Assembly: GCF_963921235.1 (NCBI RefSeq)
Contig: NC_086098.1
Location: 237,584,001 to 237,648,000, forward strand
Length of the DNA stretch: 64,000 nt
Source: Mobula hypostoma
Lineage: Eukaryota
Direction: 5' to 3'
Program-made: the position numbers and the translations under genes
The notes under the pieces: generated by a model
What the model saw: only the letters and a program-made list of their open reading frames with translations
Told to the model about the DNA's origin: nothing
Databases searched by the model: none
Part shown: positions 39,270 through 52,189 of the stretch, one piece after another
Layout of the letters: every line of letters starts with the position of its first letter
How positions within the stretch are numbered: the stretch's first letter is position 1

Positions 39270-41959
39270 CCGAGGTCACTGCTGAGCAGGCCGCCTTTGT
39301 TTTGAAGGTTACCTCACTCATTCTGAACTTTCCCATAACTCAACTCAACCGTCACCATCAACAACAAGCAATAGTGCTCGCCTTCTTTCTAGCCAATCAT
39401 CAGAACCACGTTTCATATCACCTAAATCTCCACATTAAAATCAGCTCTGAAATTTCAAAGTCACAGGGAGGTCAAACCTATATTATGAAACTTCCGCATT
39501 GCTGGCTTTCGTGGGACAAACGGGCAGCTCACGGCCCAACGAGGTGCAATGACAAAAATTCCAGTGACGCGTAACTTTAAGGCCAGAAACACACAGAAAT
39601 TAACTGAAGAAGCCCAGGGATTTAGGTTCTCTGGAAAAGAATGTGATGGGAGTCATCACAATTTTTCTGAACTATTATTCAGCCGAATTTGCCTACGCTT
39701 CCGGATTATGTGTGGAGTTGATTTCTTTATTTTCATGCAATGAATTACTCCATCGGTGAAATCGAATTTTGGTAGTATATAAGCAAAATTATGCGTAGAA
39801 TGCCCATGATATTTCTGTATGTCAGTGTATTGTACACCTCCATTGCCAATAATACCAAGCAAATTCTGAAACCAAGTGGTTTGTCAGTTGTATAAGTTAA
39901 ACTGTATTTGTCAGGAGATGGGGACAGGCCTAGCCGGCAGTGGGTGAAGACTTAGAAGCAGCAAAGGGAGCTCCTGGAAGTTCCATGAGTGACTACGTGG
40001 CGGTAGCAGAGAGCACTGAGAATGTGTCTCAGACGAGACATGCAAGCTAACAAAAAATGAGTTTTCATTTTCATATCGCCTGTTCACAATTTCGGACATT
40101 GCAACAAGACTGAAAGATCAATAAACGTATTTGTTTGTGGGCTCTCTTCTAATGAACAGAACAGAGCAGTCAAATAAACAGACTGTGGCATCTGTATCCC
40201 TCCACTTGTTTGAGTGACCGTTGTCATGTCTATACTGTATACTGGGAAGGAATCACTATTGTTCGACTGTGTGATTATTTAAACCAATATGCTTTATGTA
40301 GATACGGTTTTGGAGTTTTGGACGCTTGTACAATCTAGCAATGCAAAACTGTCGAAGTGCAAGTACGAACCTGCACCTACTCCGCCAATGCACTGTTCCA
40401 ATCCCCTTATATTGTTACCCTCCACGAACCTGTCAATACCGCTCACTTCGATCTCGTCCAACGTTTGTTGAGTTCCATGTGTACAGCAGCTACTGCATTC
40501 CCTTCATAAATTCTCTTGGAAACTCTCTCGAGAAACTCTATAAGATTGGTAAGACATGACGTACTGCACACAAAGCCATACTGACTATAATAATGGGTGC
40601 TTTGCGCTATATATTCGGTTCCAAAGAATGGTCATTCGTCACCACTCCTCCTTATCCCACCACCATCCACTCACGCCTCCTCCTCCTCGGAAGCCAGTGA
40701 CCGCACCAACTGCACTGCATCATAAAGAAAACAAATCACAGCAGCAACTTGTGTGACTGTAGCTGTATAAAGGGTGTTTCAGCACCCCTGGTCCCAACTG
40801 GGAGATAACGAGGTCCGCAGCTGCATTAGCCCCACCTACAGACACACGTTGACACCTGGCTATTAAACCCGTGAACCACAATTTGGGTTGGATTAACTGG
40901 TTAGATTAATCTGATGGTGGGGGTGGGTTTGATTGGGAAGTGTAATGTCCGAGTTTATTAACACACTGCTTTTGCAGCTCTCAGACCCAAACTTCCATAT
41001 CTCTATAGCGACACCCATACCCCTCCTCCCGATTTCATCTCACTGGTAAAAAGGTATGTAAGAGCAGGAGTACATAATTCGTACATAACTGTATAATACT
41101 CTGCATAGCAATAATAAGATCCCTGGCTGCAATCCTCCTTCCTTGCGCGATCTCCATATCGCCTGATTTCCTCTCTGTGAATAAGACTACATACACCTTC
41201 ATAAATACTGTATACTCATCGACTCCCCACCTATGGGTAAATAGCCCCACTGCCTTGTGGGCAGCCTTGGGAAAGACGAAGGCTAAGGGAATAAACCCAG
41301 TAAGCAAATACAGAGTGGAGCCCCTAAGCTGGCTGGACGTCATCGAACATATTCTGCAGCTCCTGGAGCTAAACTGGTGCCAAACGTACTGTTTCTTAAA
41401 CTTTCCTTTGGAAAGGCGAGAGAGTGATCTTGACGACTGGGATCTCAGGATTTACATATCATGTGATGATTGTCATTAACCACTGTCCTTCGAGACAGAG
41501 GGGTGCCAATCAATCAACCCATCCACTCGTGGGGCAAGAAAATATAGAGTCCCGCGGCCTTTCCTAAATGAAGACATCGCTCTTCTTATTTCTAAATGGT
41601 CGTGGTGTGACGCTAATCAGAGGCTCTCCTGGAAGCATTCTGGTGTTGCCGGGCTCTCTCTTAGGACTGCCTTTCGGGCTGCTCACTCTTCAGTAAATTC
41701 ATTCTGCACTGCCGCTTATTTTAGCCTGCTTACTCAACCTCCGTTGGTTGAACTATCCTGTCATCCCAGCCCTGCCTTCCTACAGTAGAAAACCCATCCA
41801 TAAGGCACAATAAAATATGCTTTCATAAATTAGTCGGCTATGGGTTTCATCCAACGAGGAGAGATAGACTAGAAGAAGCCCTCCCTAACTGAACTTCAGT
41901 TCAATCAATGCTCATTCATTAAATTTCCTTTACTCCTCTGAAATACTGCTACGTCAGAC

Positions 41960-42760
41960 TTTACTTTCTCCCTATTAAATTACAAGTTGAACGCAATCAC
42001 ATTGTCATAACTGACTCCTAAGGATTCTTTTACCTTAAGCTCGCTAATCATCTCCAGTTCACTCCAATCCAGTATTGCTGATTCCCTAGTGTTATCAACG
42101 ACAATCTGCTGTAAAAAGCCATCTCGTAGGCATTCAACAACCTGACTCTCCTGAGATCCATTTCCAAGTTGATTTTTCCAATCGACCTGCATGTTGAAAT
42201 CTCCCATGACTATCATAACTTTGCCTTTTTGACACGCGTTTTCTAATTCCTGTTGCAATCTATGGTCCACATCCCAGCTGCTGTAGGGAGGCCTGTATAT
42301 AACTACCATCAAATTCCTTTTACCCTTGTAGTTTCTTAACTCAGCCCACAAGGAATTAACATCTTCCAATCACATCTTTCTACTGTTTGATGACATTTTT
42401 ACCAGCGCAGTCATGCCAAACCCTGTGCCTACCTTCCTCTTCCTCCGATACAACGTGTAACCTTGGACATCCTTCCCCCGACTACAACCATCTTTCAGCC
42501 ACGATTCTGTAATTGCCATACCTGACAATCTGTTATAGTGCAGCAAGATCATCTACCTTATTTCTTATACTCCGTGCATTGAGATATAACCAATTGAGTG
42601 CTGTATTTGTTACCCTTTTTGATTCTGCATCGCTAATGCATTGATACTCACCCTGCTGTTTGCAATTATGTCCTATCATCCGCCTGCCCTTCCAGCTCCC
42701 TGTCTGCACGCTATCTTTGCTTTTCCACCATCCGTCGAATCCTGGGTCCAACTCCTGTTC
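41960..42760 (-). mobile_element. CR1 endonuclease-domain fragment
   Basis: LYLNARSIRNKVDDL, AITESWL and MGDFNMQVDW. Confidence 0.85.
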
Positions 42761-42869
42761 CTACCTGCACACCCACCCCGCGCGTGACTTTGTTTAAACC
42801 TTCCCAACAGCTCTAAAAAACCTGCTGGAGAGAATATTTGCTCATGTACAACCAATCACTTTTTAAAAG

Positions 42870-45800
42870 AATCAGAATCAGGTTTATTCTCACCGGCATG
42901 TAAAATTTGTTAACTTAGCAGCAGTAGTACAATGCAATACATAATGTTCAAGAAAAAATGCTATTGTAATAAATAAATAAATAGATAGATAGATAGATTG
43001 ATAGATAAACAAATTGATTAATTAATAAATACATAACTAGATAGATGGATAGATAGATAAATGGAAGAATGAATGAATAAATATAAAACACAGTATACGT
43101 ATGTTGAATAGATTAAAATCATGCAAAAGCAGAAATAGTATATATTAAAATGTGAGGTACTGTCCAGGGGTTAGATGTCCATGTCCATTTAGGAATCAGA
43201 TGGCGCTGAGTGGTTGCCTTTAGGCTTCTGTACCTCCTATCGGATGGTGACAGTGAGAAAAGGGCATGCCCTGGGTCGTGGGGGTTCTTAATAATGGATG
43301 CTGCCTTTTGAGACACCGCTGCTTGAAGACGTCCTGGCTACTTTATTGGCTGGTATCCAAAATCAACCGACTAAATATACAACACTCTGCAGCTACGCCC
43401 CCACCCATACCAGACAATGATGTAGCTTGTCAGAGTGCTCTCCGCGGTACATCTGTAGAGCTTATTGACTGTAATTGTTGACTTCCCAAATCTCTTCAAA
43501 CTCCTAATGAAGTATTTCCACTTTCTTGCCTTCTTTATAACTACATCGATATGTTGGGACCAGGTTATATTCTCAGAGATTTTGATACACAGGAACTTTA
43601 CAACGCTAATTGTCTCTACTTCTGATCCCTGTATGAGGATTAGCATGTGTTCCTTCGTCGTACACTTGCGGAAGTCCACAATCAGATCTTTCGTCTTACT
43701 GACCTCGAGTGCCAGGTTATTACTGCGACACTACTCCACTAGTTTGCATATCTCACTCCTCTCCGCCCTCTCCTCACCCCCTGAGAGTCTAGCAAAAATG
43801 GTTGCTTCGTCAGCAAATTTATAGATGGTATTTGAGCTATGCCTGGCAACGCAGTCATGCGTATATAGAGTAGAGTAGTGTGCTAAGCACACACCCCTGA
43901 GGTGCACCTGTGCTGAAAAACGATGACAGGAGTGAAGGTACGACCAATTAGAGATATAGCTGGGAAGATGTGCCTGGAGGCTGTCGAAGTGAGCGAGGTC
44001 CTCAATGAATACTTCTCTTCAGTATTCACCCAATGAGAGGGAACTTGTTGACGGAGAGGACAATATGAGAGACGTTGCTGTTCTGGAGCATGTTGATATT
44101 AAGGGAGGGGAGGTGTTGGAGTTGTTAAAATACATTAGGACGGATAAGTCCCCGGGATCTGACGGAATATTCCCCAGGCTGCTCCACGAGGCGAGTGAAG
44201 AGATTGCTGAGTCTCTACCTAGGATCTCTATGTCCGCGTATTCCACGGGAATGATACCCGAGGATTGGAGAGGCGAATGTTGTCTCCTTGTTCAAAAACA
44301 CGTAGTAGGAAAAGTTGCGGGTAATTATAGACCAGTGAGCCTTACGTCTGTGGTGGGAAAACTGTTGGAAAAGATTCTTAGAGATAAGATCTATGGGCAT
44401 TTAGAGATCATGGTCTGATCAGCGACAGTCAGCATGGCTTTGTGAAGGACAGATCGTGTCTAACAAGCCTTATAGAGTTCTTTGAGGAGGTGACCAGGCA
44501 AATAGATGAGGTTAGTGCAGTGGATGTGATCTATATAAATTTTAGTAAGGCATTTGACAAGGTTCCACACGGTAGGACTATTCAAAAATTCAGAAGGCAT
44601 GGGATCCAGGAAAGTTTGGCCAGGTGTATTCAGAATTGGCTTGCCTGCAGAAGGCAGAAGGTCGTGGTGGAGGAATTAAATTCAGATTGGAGGACTGTGA
44701 CTAGTGGTGTCCCACAAGGATCTGTTCTGGAACCTCTAATTTTCGTGATTTTTATTAACGACCTGGATGTTGGGGTAGAAGGGTGGGTTGGCAAGTTTGC
44801 AGACGACACAAAGGTTGGTGGTGTTTCAGATAGTGTAGAGGAATGTCGAAGATTGCAGGGAAGCATTGATAGGATGTAGAAGTAAGCAGAGAAGTGCCAG
44901 ATGGAGTTCAACCCGGAGAAGTGTGAGGTGGTACACTTTGGAGGGACAAACTCCTAGGCAGAGTACAAAGTAAATGGCACGGTACTTGGTAGTGTGGAGG
45001 AGAAGCGGGATCTGGGGGTGTATGTCCACAGATCCCTGAAAGTTGCCTCACAGGTAGATAGGGTAGTTAAGAAAGCGATTGGGGCGTTAGCTTTCATAAG
45101 TCGAGCGATAGAGTTTAAGAGTCGCGATGTAATGATGCAGCTCTATAAAACTCTGGTTAGGCCACAATTGGAGTACTGTGTCCAGTTCTGCTCGCCTCAC
45201 TATAGGAAGGATGTGGAAGCATTGGAAAGGGTACAGAGGAGATTTACCAGGATGCTGCCTGGTTTAGAGAGTATGTATCATGATCAGAGATTAAGGGAGC
45301 TAGGGCTTTACACTTTGGAGAGAGGGAGGATAACAGGAGACATGATAGAGGTGTGCAAGATAATAAGAGGAATAAATAGAGTGGAGAGCCAGCCCCTCTT
45401 CCCCAGGGCACTACTGCTCAATACAACAGGATATGGCTTTAAGGTAAGGGGTGGGAAGTTCAAGGAGGATGTTAGAGGAAGGTTTTTTTCACTCAGAGAG
45501 TGATTGGTGAATGGAATGCACTGCTTGAGTCAGTGGTGGAGGTAGATCCACTGGTGAAGTTTAAGAGACTACTAGACAGGTATATAGAGGAATTTAATGT
45601 CGCGGGGGGGGGTTATATGAGAGGCAGAGTTTGAGGGTTGGCACAACATTGTAGGCCGAAGAGCCTGTAATGTGCTGTACTATTCTATGTTTCTATGCTT
45701 CTATGATCGTCAGCGATGACGAGCTGATATCAGCAAACGGCACGATGGTGGTCTTCCGGTAAAGAAATCTTGGAGCCAAATGCAGAGGGAGGTACAGAAG

Positions 45801-46090
45801 CCCAGGTCCTGAAACATCTCATTCAGGATTGTGGGAATGATAGTATTAAATGCTGAGCTATAGTCGATGAACAGCATAATGACGTTAGTGTCTGTGTTTT
45901 CCAGGCGGTCTAAACCGTGTGAGGAGCTACTGAGATTGCATCTGCCGTTGACCTATTGTGGCGCTAGGCAAACTGAAATTGGTCCAGAAACTTGCTGAGG
46001 CAGGAGTTCAGTCTACTCATGACATTTCATCATTTCATCACTGTAAATGTGAGTGCTACCGGGCGATAGTCTTTAAGACAGCTAACAATA
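42870..46090 (-). mobile_element. Rex/L2-like LINE with (ATTCTG)n tail, split by the CR1 at 43917-45705
   Basis: AATCAGAATCAGG tail; MDFRK...KFL...NITWSQHI...LYRCTAES; host sequence resumes at GATCGTCAGC (about 45706). Confidence 0.8.
43917..45705 (+). mobile_element. 5'-truncated CR1, same subfamily as 11234-14010
   Basis: [22 protein letters not shown] and the C-terminal domain; TTCTATG tail. Confidence 0.93.
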
Positions 46091-46119
46091 TTATTTTGAA
46101 CAGGTCATACCTCCCGCAG

Positions 46120-47080
46120 AGGAGATCCCAATATTCCTGAAAATATACCCCATGCACCAGTTTCTCATCCACACATTAATTTGTCAATCATCCTGTTTCT
46201 ACCTTCACTAGCGCATGGCACAGGCAGCAATTCAAAACATTACTATGCTTGAGGTCCTGCTTCTCAGCTTCCGTCTGACTCTCTAAATTCTCTTTTCAGA
46301 CTTCTCCGCTTTTCCTTCCAGTCTCATTTGCACCAATATGTACCAAGACATCTGCTGCTCTCCCTCGCTCTCCAAAAATATTTTGACCTGATCAGAGACG
46401 TCCCTGACTGTGGCATCTGAGAGGCAACATACCGGTCGTGTGTCCTGTTCACGTCCACTGAAACTCCTGACTGTTCGCCTGACCATTGGATCCTCTATCT
46501 CTACCGCTTGTCATGGTTCCGTCTGGCAATTCCCTGTCTTAATTGGGCCTTAATCGTCTCGTATGGTTCCAATCATACCTAGTTCCACTAACTACAGCAC
46601 GCCTGGTTCACATTAGCGAAAAATGGATAAAACTCGGGCGGTACAGCCCTGCTTTGTCAGTTCGTTAATCGACACTAGTGTGAGTAAACCTCGTTTGCTG
46701 ATTCCTTGCGACTGCCAGTTCTAAGCTCTTTTCCTAGATACACTACGTAAACCTTGTCTCCGTGTAAAGACTCTCCTGGATACCGGTTCCCCGTTCGGAG
46801 CGGGACTAACGCCTCATGGATCTGCCTCCGCGCCTGTGTCCTGCACTTGCGTTCGTCCTCAGCCTCGTCCTTGCACACCTCTCCCCTGTTCTTCCTCTTT
46901 GCCTTCTGAACCATGGACCCATGCTCAATGCCAATAACCCGCTCTCCGGGGCATTCTCCTGGGAGGTCCTCCCCCACAACAGCATCCAAAGCGCCATACT
47001 TATTATTAAGGGGAATCGCCACAGGGGTGCTCTGTGCTAACTGCCTATTCACCTTTATATTTCTCCTAACAGTCACCCAA
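46120..47080 (-). mobile_element. CR1 ORF1-region fragments
   Basis: QDHDWVTVRR...PVAIPLNNKYGALD and an esterase-like remnant. Confidence 0.6.
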
Positions 47081-47789
47081 TCATGATCTTGCCATTGACT
47101 CGCACGTCTTAGAAAACGCAAGAGAAAAGCCAAGTCTCTGGGCAGCATTCAGGACATGAAAGGCGCTATGAAAATACATGATCGTCTCTTTGCATCGTTG
47201 CCCACATTTTCTGAACGGATTCATAGAAATTGTCATCAAGCCTAAACCAACTCTCATAGGTATATGAAAAATGACTGTGAGCTATATAAACAGGCATCGA
47301 ATAGGCAGAGTCATAGAATCACAGAATCACACAGCACGCAAACAGGTCTTTCAGTCCAACTGGTCCATGCTGATCAAGAAGGTCCAGACAAGTATGTTCC
47401 ACTTGCCTGTACTTGAACTATATCCCTTTCAACAATTCCTATGTACTACCTTTAACTGTCCTTTTAAAGTTTTCGTTGTACCTCTCGCAACCAATTCCAC
47501 GTAGATACCACCCTTTGAGTAAAATTTTACCCATAAAGTTCTTTCCTATTTCCCCATCACTTGATAAGCCCTCCATTTCTTGATAACCTAACTCTGTGAA
47601 TAAAAATTTTCGCTATATATTTGCACTTCGTAATTTTATACCCACTATCAGATCACTTCTCAGTCTCCCACGTTTTAAGGAACGTATCCTGGCATGTCTA
47701 ATGTATCCGTGGAAGTCCCGCAAGTCCTAACATCCTTTGAAATCTTTTCTGCACTCTTTCCAATTTAATAACATATTTCGGAAACTACT

Positions 47790-48130
47790 GATCTCCAAGG
47801 ATTTTCATAAACAACAGTCTCTGCAGTTTACGGAGGCTGGAAAGTAAAACAAATAAAAACATCGAGTGCGCGGCAATTTTGTGGGCGCCAACTCCTTGTT
47901 TCTGAGAGAGACTAGAGGAAAATAGACACACTGGTTCAAACTGGCAGGAAGGCGACAATAATTCAAATAACCACGCGTTACAACAGTAGTACGGAGAAGA
48001 GCGTTTATGAATGCACAACTGGTCGAAACCTGAAGTCATTAAAAATTCAGAAACGCAAACATGCACTTAGTGGACATTTTAAAAGGTACAAATAAAAATA
48101 ACTATTTAGTGTATGAAAGCCAGCGTTCTA
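47790..48130 (+). mobile_element. Tc1/mariner remnant
   Basis: Decayed transposase (LVQTGRKATIIQITTRYNS) and a TIR-like CACTTAGTGGACATTTTAAAAGGTACA. Confidence 0.6.
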
Positions 48131-48158
48131 ATGTAATTGCAAATTAATTCACTGCGTT

Positions 48159-49561
48159 TGTCATAACGAGGGCGTTGGATGCGGACCCAAATGTAAGACA
48201 CAGGCACTGGAGTACTAGGAACAGGACAGGACTAGAGTTAGGGACGTGACTGGATGCAGACGAGGAGTCGGGACAAGAACACAGACTTGGGCTAGAACAT
48301 TGGCTAGGCAAGCGGGACCAGGACTGGGAACTGGGAACTGAGACCCTGGGCTTGCACTCAAGAGCCAGAGAATGGTCAAGGACCCAGAACCTGGGACTTG
48401 ACTCGTGCTCGGACCGCGGAACAAGCCGAGGACATGACGTGGCTACAGGACTGGGCATGGTTTAGGTTCCTCGAGGCTTGGGTTCTTCGTGGCTTAGGTT
48501 CCTTGAGGCGAAGACATTACGAAGCTTGAGTTCCTCGAGGCGAGGACATGACGAGGCTTGGGTTCGGACTCCGAGCCAGAGACTGGACTAGGTCCCAGAA
48601 CCTGGGTCTTGACTCGGGGTCGGACTACGGATCTAGGCGAGGACAAGACATGGCAACAGAACAGGACGTGGAACTCCTGCGCAGGACCAGTCACGTGGAC
48701 AGGACGAGAACATAAAGTCTGCACTTGGACAGGACGAGGTTCTTGGAAGTGGCTTGGACAGGACGATGTACTCCTGGACAGGATGAGGGAACCTCAGCAC
48801 CGGTCAGGGCGAGGCACATGGACAGGGCGAGAACACGACGCCTTGACTTGGTCGAGGGAAGCAGGAACGCATGGCCTTGGTCGAGGGAGACAGGAACATG
48901 AAACACAGAGCCGGGACCCTTCCTTTGAAATAGGACGTAGGGCCGGGACTCATCCACAGAACACTAAGAGACGGTTTGCACTCACGGTAACGGCAAACGG
49001 ATGGTTCTACCCAGCGGAGCGAGGGCAATAAGAGACGGTTCCCAACACAAGGTCGCCGCAAACGGCCGGACCTACCGAGCGAAGGCGTGGACACAGAGAC
49101 GGTTCTCAACACTAGGTAGCGGCAAACGGCCGTTCCTACCTAGTGAAGGCGTAGACACAGAGATAGTTCAAAACAACGATAGACAGTTCCTTATTTTGCT
49201 CCGGCTGTAGAACTAGACAGCAGTGCTGGCGAAGATTGCAGGTGTGGGTTACAGGCTAGGCAAGGTTTCAGACGAGGCAAGGCGAGGCAAGGTTTCAGGC
49301 GAGGCAAGGCTTCAGACACTGGTCGCCAGGCAAGGCTTCAGGAGGTTGGGACAGAGAAGGGATTCAGACAGGGGGTTTGAACAGGAACAATCCAGCAGCC
49401 AAGCCCTGGTCTCCGATGGTATTTATGTGTCTGCCCAAACGAGAATCATGTGCCTTAATTAGAGCACCCAACAATACAATGGAAAGCCGGAAAACCTGGA
49501 ACATGGATCGATGGAGCGGACCGTGAACTGGAATCCGGACATCACGGAACGGACCACGTCA
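48159..49561 (-). mobile_element. Solo LTR-like element
   Basis: TGTCA...TCA ends; shares GGACCCAAATG, GCGGCAAACGGCCG and ACAACGATAGACAGTTC with 50144-52003; no gag/pol; no clear TSD. Confidence 0.55.
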
Positions 49562-50143
49562 GTATTTGGTGAGATGCAGACTGAAGGGGGTAAACCCCGG
49601 TATAATTATCAACGTACGGATCAAAGAATGAATTGCTAATAATGTTTCGGTCCCAAGGCTTCTCCCTCTTTGCCGACCCACAGCTGTCATCCAACTATCC
49701 ACAAAAAGAAAACAGTTCACTGAAGATTAAGAAAGTTACATGTATTTCCATGAAGCTCTCTGGTTCTGATCTGCACAATATTACAGGCTTTCGAAAAGGT
49801 ACCGCCGAAAGAGTTTTATCAAGGCGGTACTAGAACTTGGAGATGATACCGAATAAGAAAAAAATTCCAAAGAGGAAACCCACTTTATCAAACGCGCACA
49901 CACAAAGTGCTGAAGGAATTCAGCAGATCAGACTGTATCTATGCAGGGGACTGTACAGTCCCAGCCCCTTCATCAGGACATCCCCATAAACACTGCCTGA
50001 CTTAATGAGTTCGCCCAGCATTATCTTTGTGTTGCTCCGGATTTCCAGCATCTGCTGATTATCCTGTGTTTTCTATAAGCATGAGAATATTGGCTGACTG
50101 CAAGACTTATTGGAGGAACGATCATAAGGATAACCCCTAATAC

Positions 50144-52003
50144 TGTCACAAGTGCAGAGCACGGGTGGACCCAAATGCTGGACACAAGCACGTTTTGTAG
50201 CGCTAACAAAAATGGCGTTTATGAACCATTACAAGGAAAGTCGGGAAACAAGGATTGTTCAGAGGGAAATCAAGGAGTAAGCAAAGCAGAAGCGGGATAA
50301 GCGTGGCTGGCCTTAGACTGGGAATCAGGGTCTGGGCTTGGACCTGGATTCGAGGCCCGGACCTGGACTGGGAATCAGCATTTAGACTTCGAATAGAAAC
50401 TCGGGATCCGCACTTGGACTGAGACTTGGCACTCGGGACCCGGACTTGGTCTTGGAAATCGGGAGCCGAACTTGGTATTAGACTCGGATTTGGAACTCGG
50501 GACCCGGAATTGGACTTGAAAATCGGGACCAGGACTTCGATTTGGACTTGGAACTCGGAACCCGGACTTGAAACTCGGAACTCGTAACCCGGACTTGGAA
50601 CCCGGAACTGGGAAGCCGGACTTGGAACCCGGAACTCGGAACCCGGAACCTGGACTTGGAACTCGGAACTCGGAACCCGGAACCTGGACTTGGAACTCGG
50701 AACTCGGAACACAGAGCCGGGACACGTCCTCGGATGCAGGGCACAGGGCCGACACTCTTCCATGGACGCAGACACTGAGCCGGGACTATTCTGGGACGCA
50801 GGACATGGAGATGGGACCCTTCCTACGACGCAGGGCACAGGGCCGGGACTCCTCCCTGCGACGCAGGGCACAGGGCCGGGACTCCTCCCTGCGACGCAGG
50901 GCACAGGGCCGGGACTCCTCCCTGCGACGCAGGGCACAGGGCCGGGACTCCTCCCTGCGACGCAGGGCACAGGGCCGGGACTCCTCCCTGCGACGCAGGG
51001 CACAGGGCCGGGACTCCTCCCTGCGACGCAGGGCACAGGGCCGGGACTCCTCCCTGCGACGCAGGGCACAGGGCCGGGACTCCTCCCTGCGACGCAGGGC
51101 ACAGGGCCGGGACTCCTCCCTGCGACGCAGGGCACAGGGCCGGGACTCCTCCCTGCGACGCAGGGCACAGGGCCGGGACTCCTCCCTGCGACGCAGGGCA
51201 CAGGGCCGGGACTCCTCCCTGCGACGCAGGGCACAGGGCCGGGACTCCTCCCTGCGACGCAGGGCACAGGGCCGGGACTCCTCCCTGCGACGCAGGGCAC
51301 AGGGCCGGGTCTCTTCCTTCGACGCAGGACACAGTGCCGGGACTCTTCCTTGGAGATAGGATACAGTGCCGGGACTCTTATTGGACACAGGCCACAAAAC
51401 ACAGAGCACGAAAGACCGTACCCAACTCAGGGTAGCAGCAAACTGCCTGACCGACACTGCGAAGCCGAGGACACCAAGAGACATTCCCAACTTAGAGTAG
51501 CGGCAAACGGCCGGACCTACCATGCGGTGGCGAGGACACAAAGCGACAAAACCACACAACGATAGACAGTTCTTTAACTTGACAGGAAATGGATCCAAGT
51601 AACTTCGAGCTTTCGATGCGGCCCAGAAACTACAGACACCGGCTCTTATCTCACTCCGGCGGGTGGACTTTAAGGACCCGCTCCGGCGAGGTAGCTTAGC
51701 TGCTTGTTAAACCGAGGTAACTTTACGGGCTGGCTCCGGCGAGCAGAGGCGACTTACCAGCACTCGTTTCGGGGAGAAGACTTGACTTGTTCCGGCGATG
51801 TGACTTGGCACCCTCCGGCAAGGTGACTTGCTCGCACTTGCTTCATGACGTAAGCTGACGATCTCGTGCCGAGCAGCTGTTAGCCGGAAACTAAATACTG
51901 CGCGTTCAGCTGAGAATCAAGTGCCTTTAATTAAAGAGCCCAAGAAACACGGGGAAACAATGAATTAAAGGAAAACAAGGAGTCAACGGTCCCGATCGTG
52001 ACA
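50144..52003 (-). mobile_element. Solo LTR-like element expanded by internal tandem repeats
   Basis: TGTCAC...GTGACA inverted ends; internal 7-bp (GGAACTC/GGAACCC/GGACTTG) and 33-bp arrays; no clear TSD. Confidence 0.6.
50826..51309. repeat. 33-bp GC-rich minisatellite, 14 identical copies plus a partial copy
   Basis: Unit CGACGCAGGGCACAGGGCCGGGACTCCTCCCTG repeating with period 33. Confidence 0.97.
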
Positions 52004-52189
52004 CAAAGGAAATTTAAACGAAACCAGGGAATAGCCGATCATGACCGTGACAAATACATTCAACGTGGAAAAAGGGAAACATTTAAAACTTTCAGATCGA
52101 GAACAATGCGCAACTCGCACGCGGCGGTGAACAGTAGCACCGGATTCAATACCAAACTAGCTGGTCACACGACAAGGAAAGAAACGGAA

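Noticed and set aside
50203-51598. ORFs of 169-399 aa with repeating peptides; possible CRISPR-like array
   Set aside because: They arise from a stop-free 33-bp minisatellite open in every frame. The units are contiguous with no spacers, and the DNA is eukaryotic.
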